Source of the DNA: Eubacteriales bacterium
GTDB lineage: Bacteria > Bacillota > Clostridia > Oscillospirales > CAG-382
Assembly: GCA_041672465.1 (NCBI GenBank)
Contig: JBAYZO010000006.1
Location: forward strand, 1,938 to 65,937
Reading direction: 5' to 3'
Length of the DNA stretch: 64,000 nt
Shown here: in pieces, positions 48,326 through 58,182 of the stretch
Numbering within the stretch: position 1 is the first letter of the stretch
How the letters are laid out: each line of letters opens with the position of its first letter
Notes under the pieces: model-generated
Database searches by the model: none
What the model was told of the DNA's origin: nothing
What the model saw: the letters and a program-made list of their open reading frames with translations, nothing else
Position numbers and translations under genes: made by a program

Positions 48326-49216
48326 TTATATAAATAATTTTTTATGCTTTAAAAGCCTTTTGCCGCCGGCCTCGAAAACCTCTCCTATGGCGAACATACT
48401 TCCCCCTGAATAAAGCCTGACAAACCCAAGCTCGGTGCAGGTAAACCCCAATTTTCTTGTCTCCACCGCGTTCCCCGTTTTTATTAAAGCGGCGAAAAAA
48501 TCTTCGATATTGACCTTCCGCATATGTTCCAGCGCGGTGTCAATCGGTTTTACAAAGCTCTGCCTTTCTGTTTCAGAAAGGGACGTGAGGAACTCGGGCG
48601 TCACCGCGTTTGCCGATGTAAAACCCCCCACCCTTGTCCGCTCAAGCGAGCCCATACAGGCGCAGGTGCCGAGCTTTCGCCCGATATCCTCACAGAGGGT
48701 TCGGATATATGTCCCTTTTTGGCAGGTCACAGAAAGGCGGTATTCCCCATCCTCAAGCTCCGCGTCAATGTTTTCAATCCCCACAAAACGCGGCTCGCGC
48801 TCGATAACCCTGCCCTTTCGCGCCTCGTCGACAAGCTTTTTGCCGTTTACCTTAAGCGCCGAATACATCGGCGGAGTTTGAAAATAGCCGCCCTCAAAGC
48901 TTTTGGCGGCGGCGCGAACGCTGTTGTAATCGGGAACGGCCGGTCCGCTCGTCCTTGTCACTTTTCCGGTGATATCCCCGGTGTCGGTCTCAAACCCCGT
49001 GACAAGAACCGCTTTGTAGCTTTTTTCCTGAGTGACGATAAATTCGGCGGCTTTTACGGCGTTCCCCAAGAGAACAAGAAGCACTCCCGAGGCGTTTGGG
49101 TCAAGGGTTCCGCAATGCCCGGCTTTTTTACACGAAAAAAGCCGCCTCACCCTGTTTGTGGCGGCAAACGATGTTATCCCCACGGGTTTATATAGGTTTA
49201 GAATTCCGTCAGTCAC
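48326..49216 (-). CDS. truB: tRNA pseudouridine(55) synthase
   Basis: GILNLYKPVGITS and GHCGTLDPNASGVL motifs. The start is taken at GTG 49216 (8-nt overlap with the nrnA stop). The track ORF extends to ATG 49252. Confidence 0.9.
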   Translation of the reverse strand: MTDGILNLYKPVGITSFAATNRVRRLFSCKKAGHCGTLDPNASGVLLVLLGNAVKAAEFIVTQEKSYKAVLVTGFETDTGDITGKVTRTSGPAVPDYNSVRAAAKSFEGGYFQTPPMYSALKVNGKKLVDEARKGRVIEREPRFVGIENIDAELEDGEYRLSVTCQKGTYIRTLCEDIGRKLGTCACMGSLERTRVGGFTSANAVTPEFLTSLSETERQSFVKPIDTALEHMRKVNIEDFFAALIKTGNAVETRKLGFTCTELGFVRLYSGGSMFAIGEVFEAGGKRLLKHKKLFI

Positions 49217-50261
49217 GTTCAAAATCCTTTTTAAGCCTTGCGAGTATTTCATCTTTCGCCTGCGTCAACTCGGTATAAAACCTGCACCCGGCGGCGTGCT
49301 TGTGACCGCCCCCGCCAAACTCTTTGGCAAGCGACGCCACGTCATAGTAATCGTTGGACCTTAGCGAAACTTTAACTTCGCCGCCGTTTTTTCGTATCAG
49401 CGCCGAAACTTCCACCCCCGCCTGCTGCCGCGGGATATCGTTAACGTTTTCAACATCGGATAATTCCACAAAATCCTGTTCCGTAACGGATTCGGAAAGA
49501 CAGGCAACCGCCACCTTTCCGCCAAAGAAAAACTCCAAGTTTTCATAGGCGTTCTTTTCAAGGGCAAGCTGGCCTTTTGTCTTGCGTTCAAAAATTCGCC
49601 GGTTTATTTTGGCGAAATCAATCCCTGTCTTCATAAGCTCCGACGCCGTCACCATTGTTTCCGGGCGGGTTGAGGAATATCTGAAACACCCCGTGTCGGA
49701 GGAAATGGCGGCGTAGAGCAGAAAGGCGGTTTTTTTGTCGTAGCTCACCCCAAGTTTTTTAAAAAGTTCGGCGATAATCTCGCCGGTCGCCGGGTAATCG
49801 GGGAGCAAAAGGAGTTTTTTTGTTTTAACCGTGTTAATCTCGTGGTGGTCGATTGAAAGGTCAAAGACAAGGTTTTTGAGATATTCTTCCCCCATCCCGC
49901 TGAGCATGGCGGGGGAGGCGATATCCACGCTGACTTTGAAAAATCTCCCTTTGGGAGGAATTTTATATATTTTCTCGCTCTCGGTTAGAAAGGCAAGGCG
50001 GGCCGGAACCGGGTCGGGGTTTATGACAAACGCCTTTTTGCCAAGGTCCTCAAGCGCGGCTTTTAACGCCAGCGCCGAACCCAGAGTGTCCGCGTCGGGG
50101 GAAGCGTGGGTGTAGAGCAAAAAGCCTTTTTCCTTTTCGCTTTCACTGCTTTGCAGGAAAAAAGCCGCGCAATCTTCAATTGATATTCTTGTCGTTTTCA
50201 TTTTTATCGATGTTTTCATTGTTATTATTGTTTTCATTGTCCCCGTCAAGTGAGCCGCCAA
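49209..50261 (-). CDS. nrnA: DHH-family phosphoesterase (NrnA-like oligoribonuclease/pAp phosphatase)
   Basis: HASPDADTLGS (DHH motif I), DHH, and C-terminal DHHA1 GGGHKHAAG. The start is uncertain (50201-50261) and overlaps the rbfA tail. Confidence 0.85.
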   Translation of the reverse strand: MAAHLTGTMKTIITMKTSIKMKTTRISIEDCAAFFLQSSESEKEKGFLLYTHASPDADTLGSALALKAALEDLGKKAFVINPDPVPARLAFLTESEKIYKIPPKGRFFKVSVDIASPAMLSGMGEEYLKNLVFDLSIDHHEINTVKTKKLLLLPDYPATGEIIAELFKKLGVSYDKKTAFLLYAAISSDTGCFRYSSTRPETMVTASELMKTGIDFAKINRRIFERKTKGQLALEKNAYENLEFFFGGKVAVACLSESVTEQDFVELSDVENVNDIPRQQAGVEVSALIRKNGGEVKVSLRSNDYYDVASLAKEFGGGGHKHAAGCRFYTELTQAKDEILARLKKDFERD

Positions 50262-50643
50262 GGCCGATGTCTTTTAAAATGCCCGCTATGTTCAGGGCTT
50301 TTTTAGCCGAGTCGTCCTTGATAAAAGCAAGCTTTGGGGTGACGCGGAGGTTAAGCCGGGAAGCGAGTTCCCGCCTTATATAGCCGCCCGCCGATTTAAG
50401 CCCCTCTTTAAGGTCGTTTTCGATTTTGTCATTTTCGGTATTACCGTTGTTCTCGGCGCCGCTTTTACCGTGACCCTCAAGCACGCTGTAATAAATCTTC
50501 GCCACCGAAAAATCCTTTGCCACGTCTGCTCCGGTCAGCGACACAAACAAACCCGAAACGCGGGGGTCCTTAACGGTGCGGAGTATATCCGCAAGGGTTT
50601 GGAGCACCTGCTCGTTTATCTGGTCGATCCTGAAACGGGCCAT
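50176..50643 (-). CDS. rbfA: Ribosome-binding factor A
   Basis: RIDQINEQVLQTLADIL and RLNLRVTPKLAFIKDDS, plus an Asn/Asp-rich insert and tail. Confidence 0.88.
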   Translation of the reverse strand: MARFRIDQINEQVLQTLADILRTVKDPRVSGLFVSLTGADVAKDFSVAKIYYSVLEGHGKSGAENNGNTENDKIENDLKEGLKSAGGYIRRELASRLNLRVTPKLAFIKDDSAKKALNIAGILKDIGLGGSLDGDNENNNNNENIDKNENDKNIN

Positions 50644-52967
50644 TATCTTTCAATTTCCTCCATAATATAGGACTCCAGCACGTCGCCCTCTTTGATGTCG
50701 TTGAATCTTTCAAGGCCTATTCCGCACTCATACGACTGGGCGACCTCCCGCACGTCGTCTTTAAAGCGCTTCAGCGATGAAATTTTATCCTCGAAAATCA
50801 CCACACCGCCCCTGACGACTCTTATGAGCGAGTTTCGCGTAACTTTTCCGTCGGTGACATATGAGCCGGCTATCGTCCCCACGCTCGGCACTCGGATTGT
50901 TTGCCTTACGGACGCTCTCCCCAAAACCACTTCTTTATATATCGGGGCGAGAAGCCCCTTCATCGCCGACTCGACTTCCTCGATACACTCGTAGATAATC
51001 CTGTAGGTTCGTATCTCAACCTTGTCGCGGCTCGCGGCGTCGGAAGATTGTTTGTCCGGCCTTACGTTAAAGCCTACAATCAGCGCGTTCGACGCGGCGG
51101 CAAGCATGACGTCGCCCTCGGTTATCGCGCCCACTCCGGCGTGGAGCACCTCAACCTTGACTTCCTCGTTTGAAAGCTTTTCAAGGCTTGACCTGACCGC
51201 CTCCGCTGTGCCCTGAACGTCGGCCTTGACAATAAGATTAAGCGTTTTTACCCCGCTTTCGATTTGGTCAAACAAATCGGTGAGGTTTACCTTTGCCTCG
51301 CAGACGAACTGCTTGGTTTTTTCCTCATGTTTCCGTTGTGAGACAAGCTCTTTCGCTAACTTTTCGTCGGTCACGGCGCAAAACTGGTCGCCGGCGCCGG
51401 GAACTTCCGACAGCCCCATTATCTCGACAGGCGTGGAGGGGCCGGCCGATTTAAGCGTCCTGCCCTTGTAGTCGCCCATATGCCTTATTCTTCCCGTCGT
51501 CGTCCCGGCGATAATTGTGTCGCCGGTGTTAAGGGTGCCTTCCTGAACCAGCAGCGTCGCCACCGCCCCCCGCCCTTTGTCAAGCTTAGCCTCGATAACA
51601 AGGCCTTTCGCCGCTTTTTTGGGGTTGGACTTAAGCTCCATCATATCGGAGGAAAGGATAATCATCTCGAGCAGCTTATCAATGTTTGTCCTCTTAAGCG
51701 CCGAAATGGGTATGCAAATGACGTCTCCCCCCCATTCTTCCGGGACGAGGTCATATTTGGTGAGCTCATTTTTAATCCGTTCGGGATCGGCGCCGGGTTT
51801 GTCAATTTTATTTATCGCCACGATAATTGAAACTTTGGCGGCCTTGGCGTGGTTTATCGCCTCCACGGTCTGGGGCATAATTCCGTCGGCGGCGGCGACA
51901 ACAAGCACCGCGATATCGGTGAGATCCGCGCCCCGCGCGCGCATGGCGGTAAACGCCTCATGCCCCGGGGTGTCAAGGAAGGTGATGTCCCTGTCGCCTA
52001 TTTTAACGCTGTACGCGCCTATATGCTGGGTTATTCCCCCCGCTTCTCCCTCGGTGACGTTTGTGTTGCGAATGGCGTCAAGCAGCGAGGTTTTGCCGTG
52101 GTCGACGTGACCCATGACCACCACCACGGGGGCTCTGGGTTTTAAGTCTTCTTCTTTATCCGGGGTGTCGCAGCCGAAAAGCCTTTCCTCAAGAGAAATG
52201 ACGATTTCTTTTTCAACTTTAATTTTAAACTCATCGGCTAAGAGAAACGCGGTGTCATAGTCTATTATATCCGTAACCCCCGCCATTACGCCCATGCCGA
52301 GAAGTTTTTTAACAACTTCTCCCGCAGCCGTCTTCATTCTTACGGCAAGCTCGCCCACGGATATTTCGTCCGGAACGGAAATTTTAAGCTGCTGGACGGG
52401 TCTCGGCGCCGACTTCGGTCTTTTGTCGCCGAACCTGCGCCGCTGGCGCGCCGCGTCCTGCTGGGCTTCCCTTGAGGGTTTCTTTTTTATTTTAACCTTT
52501 GAGCTCTTGGAGGCGTCCGTATCGGGGACAAAAGTGTCGAGTTTTTCGTCATATTTGGCGATATTAACCGTTTCTGTTCCCCTTGTGTTGACCACCCGCA
52601 CGTCGCCCTTGGAGCGCTTTGGCGGCGGGGTATGCGGCTGTTTTTTGGCAGCCTGAGAAGACGGGGTTTTAATCGGTTTCATCGCGTCCCGCCTCGCCTT
52701 TGCCTCCGCCTTTTTCTTTTCTCTTTCTTCTTCAAAAAGCCTTTGCTTTTCAGCCTTTTTTTCTTCGTAAGACTTAAAGAAAGCTTCTATATTGGTTTGA
52801 GTCTTTTGGGTATAATGCTCGAACACCAAAGAGAGCTCATCCGTCTCAAGAGAAGTCATATAGCTCTTTCCCCTGTATCCGTGCTCACCCAAAAAATCAA
52901 TTATTTCCTTGCTTTTAACCCCAAAATCTTTGGCAAGAGCGTTTACCCGTATTTTTTCTTCCGCCAT
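50643..52967 (-). CDS. infB: Translation initiation factor IF-2
   Basis: GTPase motifs [14 protein letters not shown] and NKID, and C-terminal IF-2 domains. Confidence 0.95.
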   Translation of the reverse strand: MAEEKIRVNALAKDFGVKSKEIIDFLGEHGYRGKSYMTSLETDELSLVFEHYTQKTQTNIEAFFKSYEEKKAEKQRLFEEEREKKKAEAKARRDAMKPIKTPSSQAAKKQPHTPPPKRSKGDVRVVNTRGTETVNIAKYDEKLDTFVPDTDASKSSKVKIKKKPSREAQQDAARQRRRFGDKRPKSAPRPVQQLKISVPDEISVGELAVRMKTAAGEVVKKLLGMGVMAGVTDIIDYDTAFLLADEFKIKVEKEIVISLEERLFGCDTPDKEEDLKPRAPVVVVMGHVDHGKTSLLDAIRNTNVTEGEAGGITQHIGAYSVKIGDRDITFLDTPGHEAFTAMRARGADLTDIAVLVVAAADGIMPQTVEAINHAKAAKVSIIVAINKIDKPGADPERIKNELTKYDLVPEEWGGDVICIPISALKRTNIDKLLEMIILSSDMMELKSNPKKAAKGLVIEAKLDKGRGAVATLLVQEGTLNTGDTIIAGTTTGRIRHMGDYKGRTLKSAGPSTPVEIMGLSEVPGAGDQFCAVTDEKLAKELVSQRKHEEKTKQFVCEAKVNLTDLFDQIESGVKTLNLIVKADVQGTAEAVRSSLEKLSNEEVKVEVLHAGVGAITEGDVMLAAASNALIVGFNVRPDKQSSDAASRDKVEIRTYRIIYECIEEVESAMKGLLAPIYKEVVLGRASVRQTIRVPSVGTIAGSYVTDGKVTRNSLIRVVRGGVVIFEDKISSLKRFKDDVREVAQSYECGIGLERFNDIKEGDVLESYIMEEIER

Positions 52968-52985
52968 CAGTTTACCTCCGCTGTG

Positions 52986-53300
52986 TTAAGTCTGCCGTTT
53001 TGTTTTAGTTTTATATGTTTTAACGAAACCTCTGTCGCAAATCGCCGCGCAGGCGGTGGGCGGTTTGCCTAAGGCTTTTCCGATTTCCTCCATGGAATAA
53101 GGTGAAAATTCGCATTCCACTCCGTAAAAGGTACATTTGTCCGTTAAATCTTTTTTGGTGTTTGGCGAGGCATCGCTTGCGACGATAACCAAAAACGCCT
53201 GTCTTCGCCTTATTTTTTCTAACGCCCCCCGCGTCCCGAAAGCTAAGGCGCCCGCTCTGTACGCAAGTCCAAGCAAAGATAAAGACAATATTTTATCCAT
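52986..53300 (-). CDS. ylxQ: L7Ae-family RNA-binding protein YlxQ
   Basis: 104 aa with GLAYRAGALAFG and VIVASDAS. It occupies the conserved position between ylxR and infB. Confidence 0.8.
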   Translation of the reverse strand: MDKILSLSLLGLAYRAGALAFGTRGALEKIRRRQAFLVIVASDASPNTKKDLTDKCTFYGVECEFSPYSMEEIGKALGKPPTACAAICDRGFVKTYKTKTKRQT

Positions 53301-53330
53301 TTTGTATACTCCGTTGCCGGCTTGACAAAA

Positions 53331-53597
53331 TCAGTCTTGGAGCAAAAGTTCAAGCCGGGCGTAAACTTCGTCGGGGATTTGCAAGCCCAAAGCTTTGTCA
53401 AATCTCTTTGACTTCCTGCATTTCGAAAGACAGCTTTTGCTCGGGCAAATATACGCCCCGCGGCCGTTCGCCTTGCCGGTTTTGTCTAAGAAAACCCGAC
53501 CGTCGGGAGCCCTCACCACCCGGATAAGGCTTGATTTTTCCCTTCCCTCGCCGCAGCCCAAACACTTGCGTTCGGGTTTTTTCTTTTGCGTATTCAT
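53331..53597 (-). CDS. ylxR: YlxR/RnpM (DUF448) RNA-binding protein
   Basis: RKCLGC...LIRVV...GRGAYIC motif. It occupies the conserved position after nusA. Confidence 0.85.
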   Translation of the reverse strand: MNTQKKKPERKCLGCGEGREKSSLIRVVRAPDGRVFLDKTGKANGRGAYICPSKSCLSKCRKSKRFDKALGLQIPDEVYARLELLLQD

Positions 53598-53635
53598 ACA
53601 AAAACCCTTTCTTTCGCCCGCCGAACCCCGCCGCG

Positions 53636-54670
53636 CTAACTGCCGGACTTTATATCTATTTTAAGCCCGGTAAGCCTTGCCGCGAGCCGCGCGTTCTGCC
53701 CTTCCCTGCCGATAGCCAGAGAAAGCTGCTCTTCCGCGACAATCACCCGGTATGCCCTGTCGTTTTCGGGGAGCTTTGTCACATCCAGCACCGCGGCGGG
53801 CGCGAGAGCCGACGCGATAAATTCCTCGTTTGATTCGGAATATTTTATTATATCGATTTTTTCGCCGTTTAACTCATCGGTAACGGCGTTCTTCCGCGAC
53901 CCCCTCTGCCCTATGCAGGTTCCGATGGGGTCTACGTTGGGATCGTTTGAGACGACGGCCATTTTTGTCCTTGAGCCGGGTTCGCGGGCGATGGCTTTAA
54001 TCTCCACCACTCCGTCTTTTATTTCCGGTACCTCAAGCTCAAAAAGCCTTCTCACAAGGCCGGGATGCGTGCGGTTTAAAGACACCGACGGCCCGCGGTT
54101 GCCTTTTTTAACCTCGGTGATATACACTTTTATTCTATCCCCCGGGCTTAGGCTTTCGCCGGGGATCTGCTCGTTGCGGTAGAGGGTCATATGGTTTTTG
54201 CCTATCTCCAGCACCGCGTTGCCGGTGACGGGATCGACGATTTCAACCACCGCGGTAACGATTTCTTCTTTTTTCTCCTCATATTCGCGGAGCATCATCC
54301 CGCGCTCGGCTTCACGGATTCCCTGAATAATCACCTGCTTTGCAGTCTGGGCGGAAATTCGGCCGAAGTTATGGGTTTTTACTTCTTCCTCGTATATATC
54401 TTCAAGTTCGTATTTTTTTGATTTTGCCCTCGCGTCGGAGAGCGAGATTTCCGTTTTTTCGTTTTCAACGCTTTCAACGACCCTCAGCAGTCTTAAAAGC
54501 TTCAGCTCTTTTTTAACCGGGTCAAGCTTTACCATGGCGTTGGGAAAACCGCCGTTGTCGCGCTTAAACGCCGAAAGAAGGGCAGCCTCTACCTTTTCGA
54601 CCATATATTCTTTTGGTATGCCCTTTTCTTCAACTACGGCGTCGAGGGCGTCGAAAAACTCTTTGTTCAT
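53636..54670 (-). CDS. nusA: Transcription termination/antitermination factor NusA
   Basis: N-terminal domain, S1 domain and two KH domains (GACIGQRGSR-like TCIGQRGSR, AIGREGQNARLAA). Confidence 0.95.
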   Translation of the reverse strand: MNKEFFDALDAVVEEKGIPKEYMVEKVEAALLSAFKRDNGGFPNAMVKLDPVKKELKLLRLLRVVESVENEKTEISLSDARAKSKKYELEDIYEEEVKTHNFGRISAQTAKQVIIQGIREAERGMMLREYEEKKEEIVTAVVEIVDPVTGNAVLEIGKNHMTLYRNEQIPGESLSPGDRIKVYITEVKKGNRGPSVSLNRTHPGLVRRLFELEVPEIKDGVVEIKAIAREPGSRTKMAVVSNDPNVDPIGTCIGQRGSRKNAVTDELNGEKIDIIKYSESNEEFIASALAPAAVLDVTKLPENDRAYRVIVAEEQLSLAIGREGQNARLAARLTGLKIDIKSGS

Positions 54671-54734
54671 TAATTTGCTTTCCTTTCCGTGAAAATCGTA
54701 ACAGCCAAAATTGTTGCGGTTGCGGTTTTTAATT

Positions 54735-55220
54735 TTACCCCAAAACCGCCCGGGCTTTCGCGATATTGTTTTTGTTTATTTTAACGCTGTCAAGCATAAT
54801 ATAATCCCCGCCGATGAAAGTTATTTTCCCCGCGTGGCTTTTTGCCCCGTCCGACGGGGTGAACAGCTTTATTTCAACCTGCCAGCCGCTCTTTGCCGCC
54901 GCCGCGAAGTGTTCGGGCGTTCTGAGGAGCCGAGTGAGCCCCGCCGAGGACACCTCAAGAAAATAGCTGCCGGGTATGAGATCCGCTTTTTCGACAATCT
55001 CATCTATCACCGCGTTTGCCCTGCCGAGGTCGTCAAACGTAACTCCGCCGTTTTTTTCAAGCTCAAAGACAAGGTTTTGGTCCTTGCCCTCTTTTTCATA
55101 TCTCACGTCCCAGAGGGAAAACCCAATGTCAAGCAGGGGCCCTTCAACTTTTTCCCGCGCTATGGCCGCGACGGACTTTTTTGGTTTCAACTTCAAACTC
55201 CCTCCCGGCCGCCCAAACAT
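54735..55220 (-). CDS. rimP: Ribosome maturation factor RimP
   Basis: 161 aa with the LEVSSAGL motif. It is the first gene of the nusA-infB operon. Confidence 0.85.
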   Translation of the reverse strand: MFGRPGGSLKLKPKKSVAAIAREKVEGPLLDIGFSLWDVRYEKEGKDQNLVFELEKNGGVTFDDLGRANAVIDEIVEKADLIPGSYFLEVSSAGLTRLLRTPEHFAAAAKSGWQVEIKLFTPSDGAKSHAGKITFIGGDYIMLDSVKINKNNIAKARAVLG

Positions 55221-55262
55221 TTTACGCTTGTTTCGGACTTTGAAAAAACCGATTTACAAACT

Positions 55263-55290
55263 TTAAGAGTGGGCCGACGCCCACTCTTAA
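55263..55290 (-). promoter_or_regulatory. 12-bp perfect hairpin in the rimP-nusA leader
   Basis: TTAAGAGTGGGC-NNNN-GCCCACTCTTAA lies just downstream of the predicted promoter. On the transcript it is followed by AGTTTGTAAATCGGTTTTTT. Confidence 0.5.
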
Positions 55291-55302
55291 CCTTCTAAGA
55301 TT

Positions 55303-55331
55303 ATTATAACACGAAATAAAGTCAAATGCAA
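55303..55331 (-). promoter_or_regulatory. Sigma-A promoter of the rimP-nusA-infB operon
   Basis: On the minus strand: TTGCAT (55331-55326), a 17-nt spacer, then TGtTATAAT, an extended -10 (TATAAT at 55308-55303). Confidence 0.55.
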
Positions 55332-55430
55332 TACATTTTTTGAATTTTTAAGAAATTATTAACCAAAATAAAGCTGTATTCGGCTGTTTTTCGCATGGGT
55401 TCGGCTTTTATTTTTCCGCCGGCGTAAAAA

Positions 55431-56210
55431 TTATTGGGGTGACTCGTTTATATAGCCTTCTTTTTCAGCCTTTTCCCAGTTGACAAAAAGGACGTCTTTG
55501 TTCTGGCCTATTGACCGCTTGGTGATGATGCTCTCTTTTTCAAGCCTGTCGAGCGCGTCGGACAGTTCCTTTTTCTTTATGTTTTTGTTTTTCTTTATGA
55601 CGCCGTCGATAAGCGTTTGGGCTCTTATCATCTTCGCGGAATTTTTAAGTTCGCCCAAAATGAGCCCGTAGTCGTTGCCGCGAACGTCTTCTTCGGTCGG
55701 GAGGGTTACGCACCAGCTCGCCGTTTCTTGGAGCTGACGCGAAAAAGAGCCCCGTATGGCGTAAATGCCGACTTCCTTGCCGCAAATGTTTTTTAAAAAC
55801 GATGTCGCCGATGAAAAATGGCCGTCGCCGGAAAACAAAATAAAGACGTCGATGCCTTCGCTCAGCATTGCTTTTTGATAAATGTTGTCAAGAATAATAA
55901 AGTCGGTAAAGTCTTTTTTGACCCCCGTAGGGTTTCGTGTGTCAATAATCTTATTGGAAAACGGGCGGATTCTTTTAATCTCGTCCGCCAGCGATTTGTG
56001 GGAAAAGTCAGCGAAAAATACCGCTTCCGTCAGGTTTACTTTTCGCGAAAGGTCCTCAAACCATGCCTTAATGTTGGGTTTCATTCCGTAATTGACGCTC
56101 ATGGACACATACCATGACTCATAGTCAATAAAGGCGATACCCTTTTTCAGCCCGTTAGAAAACAGTTCCGGAGCGAAGGGCTTTTCTTTTCCCCTTGAAA
56201 AAATGGATAT
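55431..56210 (-). CDS. NYN/LabA-like domain protein with C-terminal winged-helix-like domain
   Basis: The conserved NYN N-terminus KKGIAFIDYESW lies in-frame upstream of the track start (GTG 56108). FSGDGHF motif present. The proposed start is ATA 56210 or ATT 56204, after AGGAGG. The start is uncertain. Confidence 0.7.
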   Translation of the reverse strand: MSIFSRGKEKPFAPELFSNGLKKGIAFIDYESWYVSMSVNYGMKPNIKAWFEDLSRKVNLTEAVFFADFSHKSLADEIKRIRPFSNKIIDTRNPTGVKKDFTDFIILDNIYQKAMLSEGIDVFILFSGDGHFSSATSFLKNICGKEVGIYAIRGSFSRQLQETASWCVTLPTEEDVRGNDYGLILGELKNSAKMIRAQTLIDGVIKKNKNIKKKELSDALDRLEKESIITKRSIGQNKDVLFVNWEKAEKEGYINESPQ

Positions 56211-56285
56211 TACTTTGTTCCTCCTCTCTTTTTTTATTATTGATTTATCTTTTATATTAACTTTTTTTCTATCTTTCCGAAAAAA

Positions 56286-56314
56286 AGTATATCATATAAA
56301 ACCCGCTCTGTCAA
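56286..56314 (-). promoter_or_regulatory. Sigma-A promoter of the NYN-domain gene
   Basis: On the minus strand: TTGACA (56314-56309), a 17-nt spacer, then TATACT (56291-56286). Confidence 0.55.
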
Positions 56315-56355
56315 TATCCCAAACTTGCGGATTGTTTTGGGTTTTAAGGAAAAAA

Positions 56356-57051
56356 TCAATAAGAGAGCTTGCCGAGTTCGTCTTTCAGCCTTACGATTAT
56401 CCGCTTTTCAAGCCTTGAGATATATGACTGGGAAATGCCGAGTATATCGGCGACTTCCTTTTGGGTTTTTTCCCCCCTGCACCCTCCGAACCCAAACCTC
56501 AGCTCAATTATCGTGCGCTCCCTTTCGGGGAGCTTTCTCAGCGCCTGACTTATTATTTTTCTGTCCTCGCTCTCTTCTATGTTTCGGTAAACATAGTCGC
56601 TTTCGGTGCCGAGCATATCGCCGAGCAGCAGCTCGTTGCCGTCCCAGTCCACGTTGAGCGGCTCGTCAAGCGAAACCTCGCCGCGCTGTCCGGAGGATTT
56701 TCTTATATACATAAGTATCTCGTTTTCCACGCACCGCGAAGCGTAGGTCGCGAGCTTTATCTGCTTGTCGCTTTTAAAAGTGTTTACCGCCTTAATAAGC
56801 CCGATAGTGCCGATTGAAATCAAGTCTTCTATCCCCGCGCCCGTAGACTCAAACTTTTTGGCTATATAAACGACAAGCCTCAGGTTATGCTCTATGAGCA
56901 GCTTTTTTGAGCCCTCTTCCGATATGCTCTCGATAAGGCGCTGTTCGTCCTCGTGGGTGAGCGGGGCGGGGAGAGAGGCGGGGCCGTTGATATAAAAGAC
57001 GTTGTTCTCAAGCAAAAAGTAGTTTAGTATCTTCTTTAACAAGGCTAACAT
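56356..57051 (-). CDS. sigE: Sporulation sigma factor pro-sigma-E
   Basis: Near-colinear match to B. subtilis SigE as I recall it: pro-sequence then [61 protein letters not shown] and [17 protein letters not shown] 57051 lies 6 nt after AAGGAG. Confidence 0.93.
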   Translation of the reverse strand: MLALLKKILNYFLLENNVFYINGPASLPAPLTHEDEQRLIESISEEGSKKLLIEHNLRLVVYIAKKFESTGAGIEDLISIGTIGLIKAVNTFKSDKQIKLATYASRCVENEILMYIRKSSGQRGEVSLDEPLNVDWDGNELLLGDMLGTESDYVYRNIEESEDRKIISQALRKLPERERTIIELRFGFGGCRGEKTQKEVADILGISQSYISRLEKRIIVRLKDELGKLSY

Positions 57052-57061
57052 GTCGCACTCC

Positions 57062-57868
57062 TTATATAAGGGACTTCGGGATAAGCCCGTCGAAGCCCGA
57101 AAAATTTTCAGTGTAGCTGTCCACCGCCACGATGGCGTCAATTTCAAACCCCGCTTTCCCAAGCGGCCTTATCGTTATCTTGTCGGGGGAAAAGCCATAG
57201 ATAAGCCTTTCGCCCCCGCCGGCGGTTTTCAGCGGAATGGGGCGGGGGGTTTCGGGTTTTCGCCCCCCGAACGACTTTTCGGCGACAATTATCACCCGCT
57301 TTCCGCTGAACATGTCGAGCGCGAAACAGCCGCTGTCGATAAGCAGCCTTACTTTAAAGGTTTCGCCCCCTTTTTCAATGATGGCGTGCGCGGTGGTGAC
57401 GCACGCCCTTTTCCCCGCGATAAGCGCGTAGACATATGACGCCGCCACGGCGAAAAACGAAAGGCAAAGCAAAAATACCGGCTCCACTCTGGCGTAAAAC
57501 CCGCCGTTATACATATAATATCTCCCCGAAAGCGCGCAAACCGCGGAGAGCACCCCTCCCATAAGGGCGGCGGAGAGAATAAAAATAAGCGTCCGCTTTA
57601 GGAGAAGCCGAAAAGAACCGAAACCATACGCCAAAGCACACATGAGAAGCGATGCCCCCAAATGCGCGGGGAGGGCGAGCGCGCTAAACCCCCACCCGAG
57701 GTATAAAACCAAAAGCGACCAGCCCCCGCCGGCGGCGGAGGAGGCTATAAGCCGCGATGTTTTAAGTTTCGCTGAGACAATCGCCCCCGCGATATACAGG
57801 CAAAAAAAGTCAAGAGTGAAGTTTATAAGAAAAAAAATATCAGCGTATATTACATATGTCTCGCCCAT
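57062..57868 (-). CDS. spoIIGA: Sigma-E processing peptidase SpoIIGA
   Basis: Five N-terminal TM helices starting [16 protein letters not shown] and a C-terminal aspartic protease motif LIDSG. It lies immediately upstream of sigE. Confidence 0.88.
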   Translation of the reverse strand: MGETYVIYADIFFLINFTLDFFCLYIAGAIVSAKLKTSRLIASSAAGGGWSLLVLYLGWGFSALALPAHLGASLLMCALAYGFGSFRLLLKRTLIFILSAALMGGVLSAVCALSGRYYMYNGGFYARVEPVFLLCLSFFAVAASYVYALIAGKRACVTTAHAIIEKGGETFKVRLLIDSGCFALDMFSGKRVIIVAEKSFGGRKPETPRPIPLKTAGGGERLIYGFSPDKITIRPLGKAGFEIDAIVAVDSYTENFSGFDGLIPKSLI

Positions 57869-57915
57869 AAGAGTAAAAAAGCACATCCTTTTAGCGTTTG
57901 CTGCCTTGTCCTCTC

Positions 57916-57948
57916 ATTTTAAAACCCCTGTCTTAAAAAACATGTCAA
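57916..57948 (-). promoter_or_regulatory. Candidate spoIIG-type promoter with over-long spacer
   Basis: On the minus strand: TTGACA (57948-57943), a 21-nt spacer, then TAAAAT (57921-57916). Confidence 0.4.
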
Positions 57949-58023
57949 CTGTTAGGGTAAAATAAAAATTTTTTAAGTCATTTCCCGCAAGGCTGGCGAA
58001 TAAATATATACGAGGCGATAATC

Positions 58024-58182
58024 TTGAAAAAACTGCTTGCTTTTATAATTTCACTAACGCTTATTATTTCGGCTCTTGCCCTGCTCGGCGAGCGCCCGAG
58101 CGACCTTGCGGCTTTCGCCGGTATTGGCGGGGAGTTCAAGCCCGTAAATATTGTTCAATTTTTCCGTCAGCTCCTTAAGTGA
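58024..58182 (+). CDS. Small membrane protein (52 aa), translationally coupled to the M50 protease gene
   Basis: Hand translation gives MKKLLAFIISLTLIISALALLGERPSDLAAFAGIGGEFKPVNIVQFFRQLLK. The TTG start lies 8 nt after GAGG. The stop overlaps the next start as GTGA. It is not in the ORF track. Confidence 0.5.
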   Translation: MKKLLAFIISLTLIISALALLGERPSDLAAFAGIGGEFKPVNIVQFFRQLLK

